DNA of 64,000 nt from Bilabrum cf. latius (taxonomy: Eukaryota). Location: the NCBI GenBank assembly GCA_965178125.1, contig OZ237743.1, forward strand, positions 1,116,001-1,180,000, in the 5' to 3' direction. Positions 54,879-63,553 of this stretch are shown here, in pieces (within the stretch, counting starts at the first letter, position 1; every line of letters starts with the position of its first letter). The position numbers and the translations under genes were made by a program. A model generated the notes under the pieces. The model searched no databases. It was not told where the DNA came from and worked only from the letters and a program-made list of their open reading frames with translations.

Positions 54879-54952
54879 ATACCAGAATATTTTGTACTAG
54901 TAGGGTAAACTTTTTGAATTTCAAAAGTTTACCCTACAAAATATTCTGGTAT
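54879..54952. repeat. AT-rich imperfect palindrome (arms of about 33 bp) in the divergent intergenic gap
   Basis: Left arm ATACCAGAATATTTTGTA(CTAGTA)GGGTAAACTTTTTGAA. Reverse complement of the right arm is ATACCAGAATATTTTGTAGGGTAAACTTTTGAA. Confidence 0.9.
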
Positions 54953-54999
54953 CGGCGTGTTCCCCTACTCCAGAGCTAACTGACAAGGTGGCTGTGGAG

Positions 55000-55593
55000 A
55001 TGACTCGCCGAGAGTCATCGCTGCAGTCACGTGGTCTTCAGGCAGAGTGGGTCTCCGGTGACTGGGCCAGTCGAACTTCAGAGGAGAAGGGCAAGATAAG
55101 GAAGGCATGGGCGGACCATGGCCTACGTCTTGAACCTCACCCACAACCTCTGGAGCAGGACAGGCGTGGAGTCGCTGCTGCTGAGCGAACCATTCCCAAG
55201 ATGCGCTTAGCAATTGCCCGCTCTAGCGCCTCTGTTGGATTGGTACGGCTTGCGACACTGGTGGTTGATGAGCTGAGTGTAAAGGTCAGAACGTTTCCGT
55301 CCTGGACTGCCTGCAGGTGGTGGACTGGGGCCTCGGTGCGAGGCTGGACTGCGAGCTCATCGGATGACCTGTATGCTGCAATGCGAGCTCAGGATCGGAG
55401 GGGACATCGTGTGGCTCGCCCTAGAGGGCTCATGCACACTCTTGAGAGGATCTGGGCGCGTGAGATGGCGACTTCGCTTCGCTGTGTCTTGCGTGAAAGG
55501 GAGTAGCTACGTTGTACATGGACGTCCCGCTGGTGGCGGATGGCATGTGTCGACGGTCCGGCTGTCCTTCCCCCCCGCTACGGTAATAAATAA
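55000..55593 (+). pseudogene. Probable 5' part of a host gene truncated by the viral insertion
   Basis: GC-rich ORF head-to-head with the helicase gene (167-bp gap, like other host pairs). It reads through TAG 55504 and stops at TAA about 20 nt after the GC-to-AT shift. No recognisable domain. Confidence 0.4.
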
Positions 55594-55776
55594 ATTTATT
55601 CCCTTCGGTTAAGGAAACAAGTTTCAATAATTACGTTCAGTCAGAGCTAAAGCTCTTCCCTCTCTCCATTCCTTTTCTCGCTAGTCGCTCCAAAAGTCAA
55701 GGTGAGCCTCTTCATACTGCTACTTCATATAACTGCTTTATCCTTCTAATTATAGAAAATCAATTATATATAAAAC

Positions 55777-55903
55777 TCTATACGATGACCATATCCACAA
55801 ATTGCGTATTAGTATATGTATTATTTAGCAAAACGTGGATGTAGCCCTCTTGTGAAGGTGTTATGGGACTCTAGCCATTTTCTAGCCAAAAGTTCCATCA
55901 CTT
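55777..55903 (+). repeat. ~125-bp diverged direct repeat, copy 1 (non-coding)
   Basis: Shared blocks ctatacgatg..atatccacaaattgcgtat, tagcaaaacgtggatgtag, cctcttgtgaaggtg.tatgggac and agttccatcacttta recur at 58602-58730. Confidence 0.9.
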
Positions 55904-56104
55904 TATGGGACTCCATTATTCAACCTTCTAAACTACCTTCATTATACCCCCTTATCCTCGCTTATACCTTCACAAATGGAACAAACGCGCTACAGCAACT
56001 TGCTACACTCGTCATCGCAATACCACAAGCGCCACAGTTCAATACACCCCGGAACGATGACGCTGTAGGCCAGCTGATCACTTCACCAGCCTAAAACAAT
56101 AGAT

Positions 56105-56798
56105 ATGGACCGCAAGATTGAGGTAAGAATCCACAGGATAGATAATCAACATATGGAAATTGCTTTGCTGACCGTATCTGTATCTATCGCACCGGTTTTG
56201 CTCGCCAACGCAGCTCTTCAAGCCCGACCAACGCAAGAAAACGGGAACGGAAGCGCTACTCACCTTCCAGGACACCGTACAAACCGAGAAGAACCCCAAG
56301 AAGCTTTTGAAAGCGCATTCAAGGCTACTAGGGGACATGCACCTCGTTGAGCAAACCGGGAAGTCGCTGGAGAAGGCAATTCGGGAGGCGGTCGGAGCAT
56401 TGGAACCGACAGGCGTCAACTCAAAGGCTCTACTCGCTGTTATCGCTTCAATATTCCCCAAGGGGAGTCTTGACGATACCGATGCTGACTTTGACCGGAT
56501 TAATGGCGTGCTGAAGATTCTACATCACGGCAGAGATTACGCGGAGACGAGGCAGACACAGGCGTTCTTGGCACAGAAAATGGCTATCCTCAAGCCATTT
56601 CTTCCAGCATATGACATCCCATCGCTCGTTGGTGATGTTTTGGAGAAGAACCAGAAGAGGAAGCGCCGCCAAGACTTCAACAAGTAGCTTCTTCTGGAAT
56701 CTGGCATCGCCGCACCAGCCAAGCGGTTTCGCGGCAATGAGAATCTCATCCAGGACTATCCCCGGACGGCGGGTTCTTAGCCCAAGATGGAGAAGTGA
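56105..56798 (+). CDS. Uncharacterised ~200-aa protein in the element's left arm, with a predicted 91-nt spliceosomal intron (56123-56213) and 2 TAG codons
   Basis: ATG GAC CGC AAG ATT GAG|GTAAGA...CTGAC...ACGCAG|CTC TTC AAG joins in frame to track ORF 56307-56687; ends TGA at 56796. Confidence 0.6.
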
Positions 56799-56981
56799 GA
56801 AGGTTGAACAACCTTTTTTATTATAAATTGTCGTGTTTGTTATTGGTAGGGACACGGCTATATTGGAGTGGCCACGCTGTCGTGTGTAGCAGGGTACGAA
56901 CCGTGCTTCCAGCATTGACACGGGTGGAATCCCGCATTGAAGAGCATTTCAATGTTTCATTTGTGGTCTCAGTCAATCCAA

Positions 56982-57449
56982 TCAATCCACACGCATCACC
57001 ACGTATCCATTTTGCTCGCTCGTGCTCCCGTCGTAGCTGTTTAGAAAATGTCCCAGCCCGTCCTCATCTTTACAGGCCTGAATGAGGTCGTCCCAGCGCC
57101 CCTAAGCCACTATAAATGACTTAAGAAGGGCGCTTAAAGCCTCGCTGTGGTTCGCGTCAGCGGTAGCGGTGCTTATGATATCGGCATCGCAAGGCAGGAA
57201 GCGCGAGAGGAACGCAGGAACGAAGGAAGCAAGCGTCTCTGTAGCGTGGTCGTCCAAACGTTTGTCTGCTTCTTCTTCGGTGATAATCTCATAGGTCTGG
57301 ATTTCCTCGCCTAGCTTCACCGTGGCAGTCTCGCCGTCAAAAGATTGAAGAACCCTGTCCCACTCCTCGCCCACTGCTCCAATGTCTTCAATACCAGCAA
57401 TAAGCGCCTTCATTACTTCATCATTAACATCTGTAGAAACCCCGGCCAT
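56982..57449 (-). CDS. Acidic ~155-aa phage-like hypothetical protein; one TAG at 57104-57102
   Basis: YEIITEEEAD...FVPAFL...[TAG]GRWDDLIQACKDEDGLGHFLNSYDG resembles, from memory, an uncharacterised viral family with a DG-x-GHFL-x-x-YDG motif. That motif lies downstream of the TAG. Ends TGA. Confidence 0.7.
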
Positions 57450-57761
57450 TGTTTTATGTGTTTTATGTGTGGTCCAGATAAATTTTGGCGTAGCACAGGT
57501 TCCGAAGATGAAGATGAGAAGGTGGTAGACGATAGCCGATTCCAGTGGTAGCAGTGAGAAGTTCCAGCACGAGGAAGTGATGAAAATGTAGGGCAGGAGG
57601 GTATAAACTGACGGATGGAACCGCAAAGGAAGGAGAATTGGATTGAATAATTGAAGCCAGACCCATAACCCTAGCCTAAAGGCTAGGGATAACCCCCACA
57701 TAACCCCCCCACCTCTAAGCGTTTTTTTAAAACTCAAAAATTATAACTTAGTATTATAGAT

Positions 57762-58532
57762 ATGAACTTTAATAATTATGTCATTGAAAATCCCGTCCTA
57801 ATGAAGCAGATTTATAAGGCTACAGACCATATTACAGATAGTACGCAAAAAATTTTAGAGACCATTACTACGTATGTAGATTTAGGTGGAAGGTTTTCCA
57901 CGTCTAAATTAATTAATAAAAATATAGTTAGTGATATTAAAGAGAAAAAAGCCGTCAAAAAACCCAAGAAAGAAGAGAAACAGAAGATACAACACGATAA
58001 TAACGACCAGCTTGAAATTAACCAAACATACATTCTAGATAAATTTAATGACTATAAACCACAGAATAATAAAATTTATAATGATGTAGATGATTTACAA
58101 CCGCCAGAATTAATTAGATAGACCGCAATAGATGAAAAATTTACCGGTATGGAGCCTGACAGTGAAAGTGAAATAAACAGCGTTAGTACCGAACAAGACT
58201 AGATAGAAGCAGAAACTGATGATGAAATGATACCTGAGGAAGAGAAAAAAATAATAGGTGATTTAATTAAATTAGAGAATCAGGATTATAGGTATAAAGT
58301 GTCCGTAAATGGAAATGATGTATTTTTTGGTGAAATTAATTTACCCGATGTAGAGGCTCTTAAGAAATAGTTTAGCCCTCGTAAATTACAAATTATGATT
58401 TGTAAAATTAAAAGAAATTTTAATATTAATAATAGCGATGATATAAACAGCCCTGAGTTTTGGAATAGCCGTGTATATTTGACCCTTGATGTGAAGGCCG
58501 AACACGAAAAACTACAAGATATCTATAATTAA
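57762..58532 (+). CDS. Viral hypothetical protein (256 aa) with acidic central region; 3 TAG codons
   Basis: No TAA/TGA from ATG 57762 to TAA 58530 despite very AT-rich DNA. Confidence 0.75.
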
Positions 58533-58574
58533 AAGCCCCTACAACTTAATAAACGGGCTAGAATTTAATAAAAT

Positions 58575-58601
58575 ATTTTAATATAACCGCTATATTAAAA
58601 T
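58575..58601. terminator. Perfect 11-bp AT-rich hairpin downstream of the 57762-58532 gene (candidate 3'-end signal)
   Basis: ATTTTAATATA-ACCGC-TATATTAAAAT. Confidence 0.45.
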
Positions 58602-58730
58602 CTATACGATGGCTATATCCACAAATTGCGTATAATTATATAGTATTTCTAGCAAAACGTGGATGTAGGGCCTCTTGTGAAGGTGGTATGGGACCTTTAG
58701 ATAATTTTTAAAAATAGTTCCATCACTTTA
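58602..58730 (+). repeat. ~125-bp diverged direct repeat, copy 2 (upstream of the primase-helicase)
   Basis: Matches the blocks at 55777-55903. Confidence 0.9.
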
Positions 58731-58895
58731 GAAGGTGTTAAAATACACCATTCATATCACAATCTATTTTTTAGGGCTAAATGGCAAAAATCACCTTTTA
58801 CCTTCATTAATTATTATAGCCCCTTTAAGCCCTCTATAATTAAATATGGCGTTTAAAATAGTTTAAAAATATATTTCTAATAATATATATAGAAA

Positions 58896-61673
58896 ATGAA
58901 TAATAAAAACCTCGTTAGTTTCCCCATCAAGCACAATCAAAAAATACCTGATGTTAAAAGCTGGCGATATCTCACCAAACCCGAGCCTAAACGATTTAAT
59001 AATCAGAATATGGCTATTATCACCGGAGAAATTAATAATATAACCGTGTTTGATATTGATTCATATAAATGGAGCGATAAGAAGGAGCATTTATTCATCA
59101 AGAAATTTTCAGATGACTTTGTGAAGCGGTTCAACACATTCACGGTTAAAACAGCGGGTGGAGGGTATCATCTATATTTTAAATATGATTAGAATATATT
59201 AACTACCACCAATAGAGATATTGACGTTGATATTAGGAATGATGGGGCTTATGTAGTGGCACCACCAAGTGGCATAAATGGGTCAAAATACGAAGTTATT
59301 AATAATGTAGAAATAAAAAAATGTCCTAAGGAGCTTTATAAATTTTATGAAAAGTATATTATTAAATCCTCTAAGAAATCCAACGTAAAAGGGGCGAGTA
59401 AAAGGATATCAAAAATTGATAATCAAGATGTGAATAACTGTATGATGAAATTCATTTTAAATGGTAAAGACTGGTCAATTATATTAAATAGACTAGATAA
59501 GAAATATTTAAATAATTATAGTGATTGGTATAAAGCAACCCTAGCGAGTAAATATTTAGGATTTAAGAAGGAGTGGTAGGAGTGGAGCAAGAAGGGCAAT
59601 AAATACGACTACCACAAAAATAACAAGGTGTGGAACTCTATCCATTATTTTGATAAGTTAAAAACCTTTAATTTAGTTAATTCAATAATTTAGAATGATA
59701 AAAGTTTAAAGGCATTTGTGAAAGATAAGTATATTTCAAAGTGTTATTATCGTCCTTATGACGAGAATATTAACGGGTATACAGAAATTAATAAACCTAA
59801 ATTAGATGATATAGAGAAGCCCGAACGATTTTTTAAATATGAATATAATTATGTGGTAAAAAGTGATACAGGAACAGGTAAAACAACAGCATTTAAGAAA
59901 TACATTAAACAGGTTCAAACGCCGTTCTTATCCATTGTATCCCGTGTATGTTTAGGCACAGAGCAATACGAGAGCTTTTTAAATGAAGATATTAAATGTG
60001 AGTTCTACCAGAATAAAACTTTTGATTTTGGATAGTCTCTTATTATTACGCCGGAAAGTATCCCCCAAATTGTGAATTATGATTTTTCTAAATACATCGT
60101 ATTTTTGGATGAATTCAATAGCATTATAGAGCATATATTAAGTTCTACCACGATGAATAATAATAGGGTTCTTGTATTATTTATTATTTTAAAAATGATA
60201 AGGACGTGTAAATAGTTTATTGCTGTAGATGCTGACATATCCCAGATAGCGATGAAATTTTTAAAATGTGCTGGAGTAGAATTTAGCTTCATTAAGAATA
60301 AATATAAGCATTTTAAGGACGTAAAAGTATATTTTGAAAAAGACCAATAGAAATTTTACGATAAATTAAAAAGTGAAGATAAATTTATACTGGCGTGTGA
60401 TAGCAAGAAGAACGCAGATACATTTTATAAAATGTTATGTAAAGATGGTATAGAGGACGTTAAATTAATTACTAGTGATTTATTACCTGATGAGGATGTG
60501 AGCTTAGATAAATATGATAAAATTATATTTAGTCCTAAAGTCATTTACGGATTAGATAGTGTAATGGAGCGCCCAGTGTATGGATTATATAAAGGAAAAA
60601 CGATTCTACCGCCGTAGATGATGTAGCAACTGGCAAGATGTAGAAATCCCGAATATATGAATATATATTTTGAAGATGTAAAATCCATTTATCCAAGATA
60701 TGAGAATTTAAAGGAGGTATAGACGACCTTAAATATGGAAATTAACGCATAGACAGATTTATATACTAAATTAGAAAAATACGAAAAAAGGATAATGTAG
60801 GAGAATGATATTGACATTGATATTTTTGAGGGAGAAGATGATGAAGAGATAGCCCATAAAGCAATGATAGAGGCATCATATAAGGTTTATTTACCACTCA
60901 AGAAATTATATAATTTCAAATGTGATACATACGAAACAAATAAATATATTCATTTATAGCTTATTCTTAAAAACAGGGGTGCCGATGTATAGGTGGATAA
61001 GGAATTACCACAACGAATGAATAAATAGCAGATGAAAGAGGCGACAATGGAGATACTACAAGAAAAGATTGATTCATTTGATGTAGAGAACGACCATATA
61101 AAAAGAAGAATTGAAATTTTAGGGCTACCAGAGACAGCCATAACGGAGGATATTAAAATGTTATTAATTGATAATTACAAATTAATGAATTATTTTAATT
61201 ATGCTAATTTCAAGAGAAAAGATAAATATAAACTAATGACAGAATTAAAGGATAGAAAGGATTTTAAGGATGAGAAAGCAAAAAGTACAAAGAATAAAAT
61301 AATCATATTGTAGGAGATGTTATAGACGCTTAAATTGAATAAATTTGATTTAAGTTATACACGTAAAAATGAGAAATCCATTAAATATATAGAAATGGGT
61401 AAAAGATATGTAGAAGTAAGCGGGGCGAGATTATAGAAGCCAATAGAAACCGATAGTGAATTACACGGGGCAATAGTAAAATTATATAAGTAGTTATTTG
61501 GAAATATTAAAACCTCTTGGAGTATGGGAAATAAAAAGGATAAAAAGGATAGAGAATTAAGAATTAAATTCACCAAGGAGAAAGAATTATTTGATGAAGT
61601 TTATAAATATTAGTATCCCGAAATGAAGGACGTATACAAGGAATCCAACGAACGATTAGATTAGAATATTTAA
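58896..61673 (+). CDS. Viral primase-helicase (925 aa): Prim-Pol (AEP) + PriCT-2 + origin-binding-protein(UL9)-like SF2 helicase; 20 in-frame TAG codons
   Basis: ITGEINNITVFDID, TVKTAGGGYHLYFKY, DIRNDGAYVVAPPS; YSDWYKA...W[TAG]EWSK; KSDTGTGKT, LDEFNS, VDADIS, PP[TAG]MM[TAG]QLARCR. No TAA/TGA until TAA 61671. Confidence 0.93.
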
Positions 61674-61731
61674 TACCTTTTTTATGTGTTTAAAATAACT
61701 TAAACATTATATATTTATATAATATATAGTG

Positions 61732-62034
61732 ATGAGCGATATTTAGAGTTCAAGCAATACATAGGAACAACCAAAAATTAATTATATGTAGGAATATTAC
61801 AAAACAAACAAAGACAAATGGAATAAAAAATATTTAGCTAGAGGAAATGAAAAAGTTAAATGCGATGTGTGTGATTGTTATTATAGAAGGAAGGACAGAA
61901 CGAGACACGAACGAACGAAGAAACACCAAAAAAATCTCAAAGAACCAAAAAAGGATATACTAGAGGAATATATCAAGAAACTTAATCAAACCCTGCTTAA
62001 TAGCGGGATTAAACCACCGGAGATATCAATTTAA
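61732..62034 (+). CDS. Small viral C2H2-type zinc-finger protein (100 aa); 3 TAG codons; absent from the ORF track
   Basis: YM[TAG]EYYKTNKDK...EKVKCDVCDCYYRRKDRTRHERTKKH; ends TAA. Confidence 0.85.
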
Positions 62035-62038
62035 ATTT

Positions 62039-62073
62039 ATCTATTTATTTATTTTTTTTATAAATAAAAAGAT
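62039..62073. terminator. 14-bp hairpin (1 mismatch) filling the gap between convergent viral genes
   Basis: ATCTATTTATTTAT-T7-ATAAATAAAAAGAT between the stops at 62034 and 62077. Confidence 0.55.
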
Positions 62074-62076
62074 TTT

Positions 62077-62598
62077 TCAACCTTTAATAACCATCCAATT
62101 AGCCGACCAATCATTAGAGGAATTACCACCCGTTAAATGAATCGTAAATCCATCGGTTCCTGCTACTACGTGGGAAAATTCAACCGGCTCACTGGCGGGG
62201 GTGATTGTAGTAATAAAAACCAAATCACTAGAAGTCATACCCGGAACACTAGCAAATTCAGTAGCACCTCCACCACTCCAATTTACCCTTCCTTTATGCG
62301 CTACGGTGTTATTTGCTACTACTTCACCTTTTACGGTTAAATCACATTCGTGACCGTCTTCATCAAAACTCATAACTAAACCAGCAGATGCGGTATTGGC
62401 ACCGAATCGTAAAGCTTGACCCGAAGTGATGTAAGAAATACCCTTACTGTCAAGATGTAATCCTGCGTTGCTAACAACTACATCACTACTATTCACAACA
62501 GCATTTACATATAGACCACTACTATCTAATCTACCAGTTGCGACATTCTTACATTGAATAGATATATCATTAGGTTGCGATAATCTTGCTAAGCTCAT
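62077..62598 (-). CDS. Beta-rich, Gly/Ser/Thr-rich fibre-like/minor virion protein (173 aa); no TAG
   Basis: Intact ORF. The C-terminus SVPGMTSSDLVFIT...GTDGFTIHLT...ANWMVIKG resembles tail-fibre tip modules. Function inferred. Confidence 0.6.
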   Translation of the reverse strand: MSLARLSQPNDISIQCKNVATGRLDSSGLYVNAVVNSSDVVVSNAGLHLDSKGISYITSGQALRFGANTASAGLVMSFDEDGHECDLTVKGEVVANNTVAHKGRVNWSGGGATEFASVPGMTSSDLVFITTITPASEPVEFSHVVAGTDGFTIHLTGGNSSNDWSANWMVIKG

Positions 62599-62651
62599 TT
62601 TTTGTATATATAAATAAGAGAAAAACTAAAACTTATATCAAACCTATAATA

Positions 62652-63359
62652 TTAAACTTTCATTAATTTTTTAGCTCTATCTACGGCGTCCATAAAGCTA
62701 TCTTTTAATGTTGGTTCATTCCATAATACAAACCTAGACCAAAAAGCGGGGGATTTATAGTCTTTAAAGTCTTCATTTATTGAATGTCTTTTAATATAAT
62801 TTTTCTTTTTACGGTTTGCTTCCTTCTCTCCATCTTTATTATAATATTGTATAAAGTCCATATAAGGGGTACCATCATTCTTAATTCCACCAAAATGAAC
62901 AGTAAACAGAATATTATTACCTTGAACTACTTTAATCATATATTTTTTATTTGATTTAGTTGATTTATATAAATTAAAAACTGGTTTAGGTCTAAATGAT
63001 TTCACGTGTCCGTTATTAAATTTTTCCTTCATTGCTTCCTCTATTTCTTCCGTGTCTAATTCTCCAAAGGTTAAAGGGGTCTCTTTATTTATTCTTTTAG
63101 TGGGTCTATATATATCTCCTTTTTCCTAATATCCCTTTTCTCCCTTCTAATTCTTCCAATCCTCTAATTTCCACCTTCTTAAATTTTTCTATGCTTCATT
63201 TAATTTAATTTTATCATATGTCCCCCCTAGTTTTTTATAACGAGCAAAATATGCTAATGAACGATAAGCTGAAGGCTTTTTATACGTTCTATTTACTTTC
63301 TCAACTGCCTGACGCCATAATTTAGGACTATTAACATAATTAGGTATATTATCATTCAT
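62652..63359 (-). CDS. Two-domain viral protein (235 aa): conserved giant-virus/PLV-type basic domain fused to a Tlr6F-like domain; 3 TAG codons
   Basis: N-half YKKPSAYRS...YKKLGGTY, LRRWKLEDWKN[TAG]KGEKGY, YRPTKRINKETPLTFGEL. C-half KKYM...VHFG...YMDF...YIKRH...SPAFWSRFVLW (Tlr6F pattern). Ends TAA. Confidence 0.85.
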
Positions 63360-63367
63360 CTATATAA

Positions 63368-63526
63368 TTAATAAAATGATAATTTTTTAATTGCGTGAGC
63401 CGTTTTCTTTCTATATTCTTCATAGAGTCTTTTATTATTTGGATTCTTCATTAATTTATTTTTTACCTTCTTTAATGCCTTCTTAATAGCATACTAAACA
63501 AAGATATTACTAATAATATTAATCAT
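63368..63526 (-). CDS. Small basic viral ORF (52 aa); one TAG
   Basis: MINIISNIFV[TAG]YAIKKALKKVKNK...KKLSFY-TAA. Fills the gap between neighbours and has TATATA just upstream of the ATG. Confidence 0.45.
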
Positions 63527-63553
63527 ATATTATATAATTAATAAATATTTAAT

